A stretch of 64,000 nucleotides of DNA from an uncultured Dehalococcoidia bacterium (GTDB lineage: Bacteria > Chloroflexota > Dehalococcoidia > DSTF01 > JACRBR01): contig CAZAPT010000004.1 in assembly GCA_964487335.1 (NCBI GenBank), forward strand, positions 2,427 through 66,426. The letters are read 5' to 3'. The notes under the pieces were generated by a model. It did not search any database. It saw nothing but the letters and a program-made list of their open reading frames with translations, and was not told where the DNA came from. The translations under genes were made by a program, and so were the position numbers. Of the stretch, positions 45,885-57,599 are shown piece by piece. Position 1 is the first letter of the stretch; every line of letters starts with the position of its first letter.

Positions 45885-47738
45885 TCACGCCTGGGGAAGC
45901 GCGGTCGGGCGGCGGCGCCGGAGGGCGGAGAGGCGAATGATGCGTTCGCGGCGGCGTTCGTGGTCGAGGTGTCGGACGCGGGCGCTGAGGAGATCGGCGA
46001 GTGCGATCATGCCGGCGAAGTTCATGGTGTCGCGCTCGACGACGGGGAGGCGCGTGAAGCCGGTTTCGGCCATGCGATACGCGACGGCGCGGAGAGGCTC
46101 ATCGGGGTACGCGACGACCGGGTCGGTGACCATGACGTCAGCGAGGCGGTGCGACGCTCCATCGCCATCGGGCGAGGGCTGGCGGGCGGCGCTGTGCGGG
46201 ACGACGCCGACGAGCGTGCCACCGGCATCGACGACGGGGTAGAGGCGGGGCGGGCGCCGGCCGTGGCCGTTCGAGAAGAAAGAGAGCGCTGGCGACACGC
46301 GTGACGCTTCTAGGACGGGGACGTCGGTGCGCATGACTTCGCGAACAGACATCGTCTCGAGCGGATCGATCGCGTACTCGCGGCTGAGGTGGTAGCCGCG
46401 GCGGCTGACCTTCTCGGTGAGCATCGAGCGGCGCATCACCATCACGGTGCAGGCGTAGGCGACGACGACGGCGATGAGGAGCGGGGTCAGTGCGTTGAGG
46501 TCGTGCGTCAATTCGAGCGCAAAGACGACGGCGGTGAAGGGCGAACGCATCGTGCCGCCGAGGACGGCGGCGATGCCGATGAGCGGCCAGAAGCCAGCTC
46601 CTTCGGACGGCAGGAAGGTGCCGAGCAGGGCGCCCATCGCGCCGCCGATCATCAGCAGCGGGGCGAGCACGCCACCGGACGTACCGGAGCCGAGCGATAT
46701 CGCCCAGATCGTGGACTTGATCAGAAGGATGCCGAGGACGAGACGCATCGACGCGTCGGACTGGAGGAGCGTGCTGATGTTGCCGTAGCCGACGCCGAGC
46801 GCTTCGGGGAACACCAGACCGCTAATGCCAATGAAGAGCGCGCCAATCGCGGGCCACCACATCCAGTGGATGGGAATCCGGGCGAAGGCGTCCTCGGCGG
46901 CGTAGATGGAGACCGTGAGCGCTGCGGACAGCGCACCCGCGGCGACGCCGATGAGGAGGCATCCGGCGAAGCCGGGAATGCCGATGTATGCGGGATGGGG
47001 TGGCGCCGGGAATAGCGGGCCGGGGCCGATGATCTGGTGGCGCACGACGGCCGCGGTGGCACTGGCGAGCGCCACGGGGACGACGCTTCGGGGCTTCCAT
47101 TCGAAGAGCAGCAGCTCGACCGACAGGAGAACTGCGGCGATCGGCGAGGCGAACGTCGCGGACATGCCGCCCGCGGCGCCAGCGACGAGCAGCGTCTTCC
47201 GCTCGACTGCGGAGAGGTGAAAGCACTGGGCGATGATCGAGCCGAAAGCGCCGCCCGTCATGATGATCGGACCTTCGGCGCCGAAGGGGCCACCGGACCC
47301 GATCGATATCGCGGACGAGAGCGGCTTGAGGACGGCGACGCGCGGCTGCATGCGGCTCTCGCCGATGAGGATGGCCTCGAGGGCCTCCGGGATGCCGTGG
47401 CCGCGGATTCGGTCTGAGCCGTATCGCGCCATGACGCCGATGATCAGCGCGCCGATGACGGGAACGATGATCACGAACGGGCCGAGGCTATTGTCAGCGG
47501 GATTGGCGAGTGACGTGCCGAGACGCTGGAAGAAGAACAGGTTGGTGAAGAGGCCGATGAGGCGTAGCAGCGCGAGCGCGACGAACGCGCTGATGACGCC
47601 GATGCCGGTCGCCATCGCGGCGATGAGGATGAGGCGCGGGGTGACGACGAAGTCGGCGAGCTTCTCGACGGCAGGCGCCGTCGCCATCCCTGCGGCGGCG
47701 TTTGATGTTCGGCGCCGGATGAGATCGAAGAACGTCAA
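45885..47738 (-). CDS. ClC-family chloride channel / H+-Cl- antiporter with C-terminal CBS domains
   Basis: 617 aa, multi-TM protein with ClC selectivity motifs (GSGIP-like, GREGP-like) and a C-terminal CBS pair. Confidence 0.85.
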   Translation of the reverse strand: MTFFDLIRRRTSNAAAGMATAPAVEKLADFVVTPRLILIAAMATGIGVISAFVALALLRLIGLFTNLFFFQRLGTSLANPADNSLGPFVIIVPVIGALIIGVMARYGSDRIRGHGIPEALEAILIGESRMQPRVAVLKPLSSAISIGSGGPFGAEGPIIMTGGAFGSIIAQCFHLSAVERKTLLVAGAAGGMSATFASPIAAVLLSVELLLFEWKPRSVVPVALASATAAVVRHQIIGPGPLFPAPPHPAYIGIPGFAGCLLIGVAAGALSAALTVSIYAAEDAFARIPIHWMWWPAIGALFIGISGLVFPEALGVGYGNISTLLQSDASMRLVLGILLIKSTIWAISLGSGTSGGVLAPLLMIGGAMGALLGTFLPSEGAGFWPLIGIAAVLGGTMRSPFTAVVFALELTHDLNALTPLLIAVVVAYACTVMVMRRSMLTEKVSRRGYHLSREYAIDPLETMSVREVMRTDVPVLEASRVSPALSFFSNGHGRRPPRLYPVVDAGGTLVGVVPHSAARQPSPDGDGASHRLADVMVTDPVVAYPDEPLRAVAYRMAETGFTRLPVVERDTMNFAGMIALADLLSARVRHLDHERRRERIIRLSALRRRRPTALPQA

Positions 47739-48193
47739 CGGCGCGCGGCCTCGCGCAGACGCCGGCGAGCAGGGCGCGCCTGCGGCGGCGGGGTGATGAT
47801 CGCGGAGAGAGCGTCGGCGAGGGTCGGGCCGGCGGTGCGGAGCTCCTTGCGATGATGAAGTGAGAGCCGGCGCAGCAGCTTCTCGCCGGAGGGCGTGACT
47901 TCGACGAAGACCTGGCGGCGGTCGCCGTCACTGCGGACCCGCCGGACGAGGCCACGGGCCTCGGTACGGTCGATCAGTTCGGCCGCGCTGTGCTGCTGGA
48001 GCTGGAGGCGCTCGGCTAGTTCGCCGACAGTGGCGTCGCGGCCTTCGGGGAGGCCCTTGATGGCGAGCAGGAGCTGGTGCTGCTGGGGCTCGATGCCGGC
48101 GTCTCGAGCAATCCGCTCGCTGGCACGGAGGAAGCGTCGGATCTGGTAGCGGAGCTCGGCGAGCGCGCGATAGTCGTCGGGTGGGAAGGTCAT
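47735..48193 (-). CDS. MarR-family transcriptional regulator
   Basis: 152 aa, winged-helix MarR-like. Its stop overlaps the ClC start (ATGA). Confidence 0.8.
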   Translation of the reverse strand: MTFPPDDYRALAELRYQIRRFLRASERIARDAGIEPQQHQLLLAIKGLPEGRDATVGELAERLQLQQHSAAELIDRTEARGLVRRVRSDGDRRQVFVEVTPSGEKLLRRLSLHHRKELRTAGPTLADALSAIITPPPQARPARRRLREAARR

Positions 48194-48274
48194 TGTTCTA
48201 CGTGATTATATCGTATCACGATGTATTGTGGGAAGTGGAGACGACGACTGCTGCGTTCGGCAGTGGTCTTCGCG

Positions 48275-49319
48275 TCAGGTGCGGCGGACGACGATCAGCT
48301 TGTCGGCGGCGGACTCTGCGCCCCAGACCTCGCCGGGCCGGCCGAGGCGCTGGCGAACGTTCGCGGGATCGTCGGGCAGCGGGAACGACTGGAACTGTTC
48401 GGATTCGGGGTCGAAACGCAGCACTGCGTTTGCGCCGAAGTCGCTCACCCAGACGCCATCCTGGTCGTCGACGTAGACGGCGTACGCGTGCGGCTGTGAG
48501 CCGGGCAGACGCCACTCGCGCCAGGATTGCGAGGCTGGATCGAAGACCGCGAGCTGTCCGGCGTTCCACTCGCTGATCCAGGCGCGGCCGCGCGAATCCG
48601 ACCAGGCGCGGCGTGCGCCCTGATCGCCCGTGGGCGGGCGCAGGACCTCGGCGGCACCGGTTTTCCGGTTCGATGCGTGCGATGTGGCTGCCGGCGAGCG
48701 AGGCGTAGTAGATATCGCCGCCCGGCGTCACGGTGATGCCATACGGGCCCGGGCCGAGCGGGGCGTCGAAGACTTCGATCTGTCCGGTCGAGCGATTGAG
48801 GCGGCCGTACAGTCCGGATTGGCCGGTGAACCAGAGCCCGCCGGTGTGGTCGAATGCAGCAGTGTTGAGATTGGCGTTGCGCGAACCTTCGGGCAGCGGA
48901 AACGTGCGAACTTCGTGCGTCACGGGATCGACGCGGACGATCGCGTTGAGGCCGCCGTCCGTCACCCATGGTGCGCCGTCCGGTCCGACGATCACGCCGT
49001 GCGGGGCGGAGCGGCCGCCGAGCGCGATTTCGTCGGTCTCTCCGGTGGCGGGATCGAGGAGACCGAGTTTGCCGGTGGACTGGGCGGTGTACCAGACGCG
49101 TCCATCGGGCGCGGGCGCGACATCGTGCGGGTGCGAACCGGCGGGGACGGGGTATTCGTGGAGAGTGTAGGTCGTTTGGGTCGAAGTCGTTACGGCGGTG
49201 GCGGTTAGAGGAGCGGCTGGCGATATTGGCGAGGCGGATTGAATAGCTGTCTTGTCTGAATCGCCGCACCCGGCGAGTGCCAGCGCGATCAGACTGAGGA
49301 ACGCCGCAGCGCGTATCAC
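48275..49319 (-). pseudogene. Vgb-like (streptogramin lyase / beta-propeller) lipoprotein gene, apparently frameshifted
   Basis: Residues 1-227 (signal plus LAGC lipobox, then YPVPAGSHPHDVAPAPDGRVWYT... repeats) are in one frame. The Vgb-like C-terminus (AWSDSRGRAWISEW...VWVSDFGANAVLRFDPESEQF...) continues in another frame, ending with a TGA stop at 48275-77. The shift falls near the CCGGAAAACCGG run around 48650-48662. Confidence 0.6.
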
Positions 49320-49368
49320 ATATGAATTCTATCGACCCAGTGTGTGCGCTCGGTTCGTTCCGCCACAG

Positions 49369-51204
49369 TCACTTATCCAGGCGGAGGACGGCCATGAACG
49401 CTTCCTGGGGGATGTCGACGTTGCCGACGCGCTTCATGCGCTTCTTGCCCTCGGCCTGCTTCTCGAGGAGCTTGCGCTTGCGGGTGACGTCGCCGCCATA
49501 GCACTTCGCGAGCACGTTCTTGCGCATGGCGCGGATGGTCTCGCGGGCGACGATCCGTCCGCCGATCGCAGCCTGCACCGGCACATCGAACATTTGGCGC
49601 GGGATGAGCGAGCGGAGCTTCTCGACGAGACGGCGGCCCTGCACGACTGCTTCTTCGCGATGCGTGATGAGCGAGAGGGCATCGACGGGCGCGCCGTTCA
49701 CGAGGATGTCGAGTTTCACGAGCGGGGCGGCGAGGTATTCATGGAAGCTGTAGTCGAGGCTCGCGTAGCCCTGCGTGCGTGACTTCAGCTCGTCGTAGAA
49801 GTCGACGAGGATCTCGGACAGCGGTATGCGGTATTCGAGCACGACGCGGCCTTCGGCCTTCTTGGTGCCGTCGGACTGCAGGATGGAGTGCTGTAGGTAC
49901 TCCATCTTCCGGAACTCGCCGCGGTTTCCGGTGACGAGCTCCATCACGGCGCCGATGTAGCGGTCGGGGCAGACGACGGAGATGTCCATCCAGGGCTCGC
50001 GGATCTCGGCGATCTCGTTGGGTGGCGGGAGGTCGGCGGGGTTGTCGACTTCGATGTCCTGGCCGTTCGTCCTGGTGACCTGGTACTCGACACTTGGCGC
50101 GGTCGCGAGGAGGTTGAGGCTGTACTCCCGCTCGAGGCGCTCCTGCACAATCTCCATGTGCAGTAGGCCGAGGAAGCCGCATCGATAGCCGAAGCCGAGG
50201 GCGGCGCTGGACTCTGGCTCGTAGACAAGCGAGGCGTCGCTCAGCTGCAGCTTGTCGAGGGCGTCGCGGAGGAGCGGGTATTCGTTGGCCTGTGACGGGT
50301 AGAGACCCGCAAAGACCATCGGCTTGGCCGGGCGGTAGCCGGGGAGGGGCTCGGCGGCGGGCTTAGCGTCGTCGGTGAGGGTATCGCCGACGCGGCACTC
50401 TTTCACGTTCTTCAGGCCGGTCGCGACGTAGCCCACTTCACCGGCACCGAGCTCGCGGACGGGATCGAGGGCGGGACGGAAGACGCCGACCTCGAGCGGT
50501 TCGACGGCGAGGTGCTGAGCCATCAGGCGGAGCTTGCGTCGCTGGGTGACGGCGCCATCGATGATGCGGACGTATGCGATGACGCCTTTGTAGGCGTCGT
50601 ATTTTGAGTCGAAGATGAGCGCGCGCAGCGGCTTCGTGCTGTCGGCATCGGGCACCGGGATGCGCTCGACGACGGCTTCGAGGATCTCCTTCGTGCCTGC
50701 GCCTTCCTTCGCGCTAGCGAACATGATCTCGTCGGGATCAAAGCCGAGGGTATCGACGAGCTCCTGGGCGACGCGCTCGGGCTCGGCGGAGGGGAGGTCG
50801 ATCTTGTTGACCACCGGGATGAGCTTCAGGTCGGCGTCCACCGCGAGGTAGACGTTGGCGAGGGTCTGGGCCTGGATGCCCTGGGCGGCATCGACGACGA
50901 GGATGGCGCCTTCACAAGCGGCGAGGGCGCGGGAGACCTCGTAGCCGAAGTCGACGTGGCCGGGCGTGTCGATGAGGTTGAGCTCGTACTCGAGGCCATC
51001 GGTGTGGGTGAAGGCCATGCGGACGGCCTTGGCCTTGATGGTGACGCCCTTCTCTCGCTCGAGGTCCATGGCGTCGAGCACCTGCGCGGCCATGTCGCGT
51101 CGGGCGATGGTGCCCGTCTGCTCGAGAAAGCGGTCAGCGAGGGTGGATTTGCCGTGGTCGATGTGGGCGATGATGCAGAAGTTGCGGATGCGGGATGGGT
51201 CCAT
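49369..51204 (-). CDS. lepA: Elongation factor 4 (LepA)
   Basis: 611 aa, translational GTPase with a LepA-specific C-terminal domain. Confidence 0.95.
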   Translation of the reverse strand: MDPSRIRNFCIIAHIDHGKSTLADRFLEQTGTIARRDMAAQVLDAMDLEREKGVTIKAKAVRMAFTHTDGLEYELNLIDTPGHVDFGYEVSRALAACEGAILVVDAAQGIQAQTLANVYLAVDADLKLIPVVNKIDLPSAEPERVAQELVDTLGFDPDEIMFASAKEGAGTKEILEAVVERIPVPDADSTKPLRALIFDSKYDAYKGVIAYVRIIDGAVTQRRKLRLMAQHLAVEPLEVGVFRPALDPVRELGAGEVGYVATGLKNVKECRVGDTLTDDAKPAAEPLPGYRPAKPMVFAGLYPSQANEYPLLRDALDKLQLSDASLVYEPESSAALGFGYRCGFLGLLHMEIVQERLEREYSLNLLATAPSVEYQVTRTNGQDIEVDNPADLPPPNEIAEIREPWMDISVVCPDRYIGAVMELVTGNRGEFRKMEYLQHSILQSDGTKKAEGRVVLEYRIPLSEILVDFYDELKSRTQGYASLDYSFHEYLAAPLVKLDILVNGAPVDALSLITHREEAVVQGRRLVEKLRSLIPRQMFDVPVQAAIGGRIVARETIRAMRKNVLAKCYGGDVTRKRKLLEKQAEGKKRMKRVGNVDIPQEAFMAVLRLDK

Positions 51205-51366
51205 TGGGGATCAGGGTAGCGGGATTCCAGGGGTGGGGCCGATCCACAAAGGACACAGAGGGCATCGAATGCAGAGGTCGCGCGGCGGATGCGACGCCTA
51301 CGAGCGTCCAGTTCCACGAGGGCGTTGGGCGCCTTCTGGGTGCACGTGGTCGTCGCGCAGTGACGC

Positions 51367-52209
51367 TTACGCGAACCGCTTGACGAAGTCGAGCGCCGTC
51401 TGGGCGACGTCGCGCCAGCCGTGGTCGATCGTGAGGGCGTGGCCCCGGTTCGGGATCTTCGCGATCTCGGTCACGCTGGGGTTCTGCCTCTCCCGCCCGT
51501 AGGCGGCGTTCGCCATCGCCCACGGCACCGTGTGGTCCTTCTCACCCTCGATGATCAGCAGCGGACCGCGGTCTGGGTTCTTCGTGTCCACCTTCGCCTG
51601 CGTCCACGGGTTGAGGTTCGCGTTGCCCATCTGCACGAGAGCGATCCCGGAGGCGGCGACGTGGAACGTTTCGTAGAGGTCCTTCGCCTCCTTCTCTTCC
51701 AGCGCGTTCGCCCACCCGTACTTGAACTGGTCGAACGTGAGCGTGATGGCGCGGCCGCGCGTGAGCGGGTTGACCAGGAACGGGCCCGCCACCCTGAGCG
51801 CGGGGACCGGGAGAGGCAGCACGCCGCGGAAGGGCCCGGGGTCGATCGCCACCGTGGCCGACGAGAGGCCCCGGCCCGCGAGCATCTGCGCGAGCAAGCC
51901 GCCGGTCGAGTGTCCCATCACGGCTGGCTTCTTCTTCAAGGCGCTGATGATCTCGGTCGTGTGATCGGCGACCTGCGCCAACGTCTTCTTTGCGAAGACC
52001 TGCGGGTTCGCTCGAGCCTCTTCAACGGTCCCAGGATCGTCCGGCCAGTCCGGCGTGAGCGGCGCGTAGCCGGCCTGCTTGAAGAGGTCCGCCCAGTTGG
52101 CCCAACTGCTAGGCAGGAGCCAGAGGCCATGGATGAAGACGACCGGGGTGTTGCCAGAGGCATTGGCCGCCTCGATCTCCTGGTTCTCGCGCGCGGAAAT
52201 TGACGCCAT
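51367..52209 (-). CDS. Alpha/beta-fold hydrolase
   Basis: Start MASISARE... after a GGGAG Shine-Dalgarno inside a longer ORF. Nucleophile elbow GHSTGG. Confidence 0.75.
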   Translation of the reverse strand: MASISARENQEIEAANASGNTPVVFIHGLWLLPSSWANWADLFKQAGYAPLTPDWPDDPGTVEEARANPQVFAKKTLAQVADHTTEIISALKKKPAVMGHSTGGLLAQMLAGRGLSSATVAIDPGPFRGVLPLPVPALRVAGPFLVNPLTRGRAITLTFDQFKYGWANALEEKEAKDLYETFHVAASGIALVQMGNANLNPWTQAKVDTKNPDRGPLLIIEGEKDHTVPWAMANAAYGRERQNPSVTEIAKIPNRGHALTIDHGWRDVAQTALDFVKRFA

Positions 52210-52331
52210 GACGAACTCCCTTCCGTCTCGCCAAGAGGGCATTAGTGTATGGCACTTGGCTCTGGTACGCGACGGTGGATCCTCATGAGTCTGAGTGTGC
52301 GATCTCCGGCGGACGACGAGGTCGGCTGGTG

Positions 52332-53099
52332 CTAACTCGTGCGGGAGCGGAGGGCGAGCATGGTGAGGGTCATCGTGAACGTGCCGATGCCGAGGATCGC
52401 CGCGAAGGCGCCGAAGAGTGACTGCGCATCCCATCCGACGAGGACGAGATCGCGCATGCCTTCGAGGAGGTACGTGACGGGGTTGATCGTCGCGAGGAAC
52501 TCGAGCCAGCCGCTGAAGACGTCCTTGGGGGCGAAGGCGGGCGAGAGGAAGAGGAGGGGGAAGAAGAGAAGAAAGCCGAGTTGGGCGGCCTGCGCGCTGC
52601 CGGTGCGGAGGGCGATCGAGAGGCCGATGCCGGAGTAGGCGATGCCGAAGAGCCCGGACATCGCGATGATGGTGACGGCGCCGAGCACTCCGGACTCCAT
52701 GCCGGAGCCGGCGAGCAGGCCTGCGATCAGGATCAGCGTGGCGATGACCATCACACGAACGCCGTCGGCTGCGAGACGGCCGAGGACGAGGGAGGGGCGC
52801 GGCGCGGGGGTAAGGAGCAGTTTGTCGAAGTAGCCCCGCTCGATGTCGGTGACGGTGCCGATGCCGGCGTTACCGGCGCTTCCGGCGACGCCCTGCAGGA
52901 TCGCGACGGGCATCTGGAAGCCGACGTAGTTGGTGACGCCGAACGCGCGCCCGGCCACGCCGCTGATCGCACCGACGGTGATGGCGAAGAAGAACATCGG
53001 GATGAAGATGTTGCCGATTTCGACGGCCGGCTGCCGGGTGGCCTCTCGGAGGGAGCGGAGCATGAGGTGCCAGGCGTCCTTGGCGGTCAGAGCGATCAT
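52332..53099 (-). CDS. ABC-2 family transporter permease
   Basis: Start MIALTAKDAW... inside a longer ORF; six-TM ABC-2 topology. Confidence 0.75.
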   Translation of the reverse strand: MIALTAKDAWHLMLRSLREATRQPAVEIGNIFIPMFFFAITVGAISGVAGRAFGVTNYVGFQMPVAILQGVAGSAGNAGIGTVTDIERGYFDKLLLTPAPRPSLVLGRLAADGVRVMVIATLILIAGLLAGSGMESGVLGAVTIIAMSGLFGIAYSGIGLSIALRTGSAQAAQLGFLLFFPLLFLSPAFAPKDVFSGWLEFLATINPVTYLLEGMRDLVLVGWDAQSLFGAFAAILGIGTFTMTLTMLALRSRTS

Positions 53100-53215
53100 C
53101 GGAAGAGTGAAGAGTGAAGGGCGAAGACTGAAAGGGGAGAACGAAGAACGGAGAACAAAGAAGAAACGGCGAACAGAAAAGAGCACACAGCAAACATCAG
53201 AGAGCGAGGAGCGCT
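53100..53215. repeat. Roughly 115-bp homopurine (AG-rich) tract on the + strand, giving a CU-rich 5' leader for the minus-strand permease mRNA
   Basis: GGAAGAGTGAAGAGTGAAGGGCGAAGACTGAAAGGGGAGAACGAAGAACGGAGAACAAAGAAGAAACGGCGAACAGAAAAGAGCAC..., about 85% purine in a 68% GC genome. Confidence 0.7.
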
Positions 53216-53244
53216 TGTGGAGCGGTGCGTGCGGTGAAGTACGC

Positions 53245-53643
53245 TCATGGTTTATCGATCGGCCCGGCGTCGGTGGTTTCGAAGTAGATCTCGTTGACGT
53301 GGCCGTCGGGATCGCGGATGAAGGCGTAGGGCGCGCCGGGGGCGAACTCGCCGCGCTTGTCGATCGCGCCGCCCGCGGATTCGACGAGGCGTACTGCTTC
53401 ATCAATGTCGGTGGGATCGGCGAGACGGAAGCCGATGTGATCGACGGCGCCCATCGAGCGGACCTTCGACGTGCGGCGAGCGATCAGCGTGATGATGTCG
53501 TGGCGCCCGGGCGTGTTGAGTTCGGCTGTCGAACCGTTGTTGTAGAGGACGCGCGCGCCGAAGACGGCCTGGTAGAAGGCGATAGCGCGGTCGAGGTCGC
53601 GGACGGTGAGGCCAATGTGGGTGAGGCCGAGCGTTCGGATCAC
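53245..53643 (-). CDS. VOC-family (glyoxalase/bleomycin-resistance fold) protein
   Basis: C-terminal ~130 aa is VOC-like (VIRTLGLTHIGLTV...DHIGFRL...). Probable GTG start; the exact start is uncertain. Confidence 0.65.
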   Translation of the reverse strand: MIRTLGLTHIGLTVRDLDRAIAFYQAVFGARVLYNNGSTAELNTPGRHDIITLIARRTSKVRSMGAVDHIGFRLADPTDIDEAVRLVESAGGAIDKRGEFAPGAPYAFIRDPDGHVNEIYFETTDAGPIDKP

Positions 53644-53767
53644 TGTTGTTCGACCGGGTGAATGAGTCTGTACGAACCGTCGATGGCGGTCCGACGAGGG
53701 CGACCACATGGGGCCGCCCCTACACGCAGCGTCGCGGCTCCACTCGTGTTTCGTGTCCAAGCGATGA

Positions 53768-54754
53768 TCATGTCGCTGCTCCGATCGCGCGTTGGAGTTG
53801 TGCGTCGCCTGGTTCGATGTGGTGGCCGGTGGCGCGGAGGAAGACGTCGTCCAGTGTCGGCTGGGCGAGGGTGACTTCTCGGGCGCGGAGTGAGGCTTCG
53901 TCGAGCAGGAGGACGATCTTCGCGATTGCGGTCGAGCCTTCGCGCACGTAGACGATGATCGAGTCGCCAATGATGCGGACGTCCTCGATGCCCTCGAGGC
54001 GGCGGACGGCTGCTTCAGCGCGCTGGAGTTCTTCGGCGCCACCTTCGATCCGGACGGTGACGACGTCGGCGCCGATCGCGGCTTTCAGCGCGGCGGGCGC
54101 GCCCTGGGCGACGATGCGCCCGGCGTCCATGATGGCGACGTCGCCGGCGAGGCGGTCGGCTTCTTCGAGGTACTGCGTGGTGAGGAAGAACGTGACGCCT
54201 TCGCTGCGGTTCAGATCGACGACATAACGCCAGATCGATTCGCGGCTGATGGGATCGAGGCCGGTGGTGGGTTCGTCGAGGAAGACGATCTTCGGGCGGT
54301 GGACGAGCGCGGCGGCGAGATCGAGGCGTCGCTTCATGCCGCCCGAGTAGGTCTTCACACGGCGGTCGGCGGCGTCGTCGAGATCGACGATCTCGAGGAG
54401 TTGCTGGGCGCGCGGGGCGATTTCTTTAGGTGCGAGCTGGTACAGGCGGGCCTGGAGTTCGAGGAGCTCGCGGCCGGTCTGGACGTCGTCGAGGCCGGCT
54501 TCCTGGAGCGCCACGCCGATGCGGCGGCGGACCTCTGCGGCGTGGCGGAGGACGTCGAGGCCGGCGACCTCAGCGTGGCCGGAGGTGGGGCGGAGGAGGG
54601 TGGTGAGCATGCGGACGGTGGTGGTCTTGCCGGAGCCGTTCGCCCCGAGGAAGCCGAAAATCTGGCCGTCATCGATGCTGAGGTCGATGCCTTCGACGGC
54701 GCGGATGTCGCCGGGGAAGTGCTTGGTGAGGGATCGGGCGAGGATGGCGGGCAT
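53768..54754 (-). CDS. ABC transporter ATP-binding protein (ABC-2 / DrrA-like)
   Basis: Walker A GANGSGKTT, signature YSGGMKRR, Walker B IVFLDEPT. Confidence 0.9.
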   Translation of the reverse strand: MPAILARSLTKHFPGDIRAVEGIDLSIDDGQIFGFLGANGSGKTTTVRMLTTLLRPTSGHAEVAGLDVLRHAAEVRRRIGVALQEAGLDDVQTGRELLELQARLYQLAPKEIAPRAQQLLEIVDLDDAADRRVKTYSGGMKRRLDLAAALVHRPKIVFLDEPTTGLDPISRESIWRYVVDLNRSEGVTFFLTTQYLEEADRLAGDVAIMDAGRIVAQGAPAALKAAIGADVVTVRIEGGAEELQRAEAAVRRLEGIEDVRIIGDSIIVYVREGSTAIAKIVLLLDEASLRAREVTLAQPTLDDVFLRATGHHIEPGDAQLQRAIGAAT

Positions 54755-54938
54755 GGGGTGTGGGGTTTCAGTTCACAGTGGGCAGTTTGCAGTTCGAGGT
54801 CGGGTCAGAGGGAAGTGTATCCGGCCGAGTTCGTCGCGAACGGGCCGGTGGGTGATGCGGATTTCGTAGCGGGGTACAGAACCGTGCAGAGGCTAGAGGT
54901 GACGTACAATCGCGACGCGGGAACTTCGGAGCAACTTC

Positions 54939-55523
54939 ATGGCGGTCGATCCGGTTGAGCTTGTACGGGGTCCGGCGCGCGAGCCGGGAACGTTCCGGTG
55001 CCCGAGGTGCGGCCTTCGCCAGCGACATGCGGAGATCTTGCCGACGGGTGGCGTCACGTGCACGCGGTGCGAGCACAATCTCAATGTCCGTGATCGTGTC
55101 GTTTACGCAACGCCGAGGGCACGCGTCGCCGCCGGCCTCGTCGATGTCGCGTCGCTGCTCCTTCCCTTCCTCTTGCTTACGGTCTTGCCCGTGTTCTCGA
55201 GTCCGCTCGTGCCGACCGACGCGCACGGGCACGTCACGCCGCGCGCCATGTTCGTGCTGCGCTGCGTCTCGGCCGCCTACTTTACGGCGTACTTGTGGAT
55301 GTGCGAGGCGCTCGGAAGCTCATTCGGCAAGCAGTTCACCGGCATCCGGGTGGTGCGAGCGTCAAATTGGCGAAGGCCCGGAATCTTCATCGGGCTCATT
55401 CGTGGATTTGCCAAGGTGGTGACAGTGGCGACGTTCGGCCTCGGCTTCGTGGTCATGGTCTGGGACTCCGAGGGCCGCACGTTGCACGACCGGCTCGCCG
55501 GGACGCGAGTGATCGAGCACTAG
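54939..55523 (+). CDS. RDD-family membrane protein with an N-terminal CxxC...CxxC zinc ribbon
   Basis: CPRCG...CTRCEH, then TM helices and the RDD motif GRTLHDRLAGTRVI. Confidence 0.7.
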   Translation: MAVDPVELVRGPAREPGTFRCPRCGLRQRHAEILPTGGVTCTRCEHNLNVRDRVVYATPRARVAAGLVDVASLLLPFLLLTVLPVFSSPLVPTDAHGHVTPRAMFVLRCVSAAYFTAYLWMCEALGSSFGKQFTGIRVVRASNWRRPGIFIGLIRGFAKVVTVATFGLGFVVMVWDSEGRTLHDRLAGTRVIEH

Positions 55524-55642
55524 GCGGCGTCCGGGGACTGCGCGGTGAAGCGGGGCAGCTACGTCCTAAAGTCGCATGGCCGCTTGCGGGGGATTTCGGG
55601 GCGTACGTATACTGAGGTTGAACTCTGGAGAATCGCTTTCAG

Positions 55643-55669
55643 GAGTGGGCTCGCGCCCACTCTTTTGTT
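55643..55669 (+). terminator. Intrinsic terminator upstream of nusA
   Basis: GAGTGGGC-tcgc-GCCCACTC followed by TTTTGTT. Confidence 0.7.
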
Positions 55670-55702
55670 CATCGGGCGATTCTGAATATTCGTAGGGGAA
55701 CC

Positions 55703-57268
<1,566 letters not shown>

Positions 57269-57269
57269 G

Positions 57270-57599
57270 ATGCCCTCAGCGAAGGGTGGCCCGCGCCCGA
57301 AGCACATCCCCATTCGCACGTGCATCGGGTGCAGGAGCAGCGAAGCCAAGCGCGGGCTGGTACGCATCGTGCGGACGCCCGAGGGGCGGGTCGAGCTGGA
57401 CCCGACAGGGAAGAAGAACGGACGCGGAGCGTACGTGCACGAGGCGCGCTCGTGTTGGGACGAAGCGCTGAAGCAGGACCGCATCGGGCGGGCGCTGAAG
57501 GTTTCGCCGCCGCAGGACGACATCGAGATGCTGAGGGCGCACGCGGAGACGCTGGCGCCGGTGGCGGCCGAGAGCGCACAGGGTAACGGGACTTCATGA
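57270..57599 (+). CDS. ylxR: YlxR/RnpM-family RNA-binding protein (DUF448)
   Basis: Motif PIRTCIGCR...GRGAYV; located between nusA and infB. Confidence 0.85.
   Translation: MPSAKGGPRPKHIPIRTCIGCRSSEAKRGLVRIVRTPEGRVELDPTGKKNGRGAYVHEARSCWDEALKQDRIGRALKVSPPQDDIEMLRAHAETLAPVAAESAQGNGTS

Noticed and set aside
52332-53405. N-terminal 102-aa extension of the ABC-2 permease ORF through the homopurine tract
   Set aside because: The extension translates the pyrimidine tract (SLSDVCCVLFSVRRFFFVLRSSFSPFSL...) and overlaps the VOC gene. The real start is the M of MIALTAKDAW at 53099.
53641-53712. Frame inconsistency at the 5' end of the VOC gene (the ORF track reads MWSPSSD while my hand translation reads HVVPSSD)
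   Set aside because: I could not resolve the start by hand. I report only the well-supported C-terminal VOC domain from GTG ~53643, and I do not call a frameshift here.
54829-54841. GTTCGTCGCGAAC palindrome upstream of the RDD gene as a second SOS box
   Set aside because: Its orientation is GTTC-N5-GAAC, the inverse of the Cheo box and with the wrong spacer. It is unlikely to be a LexA site.
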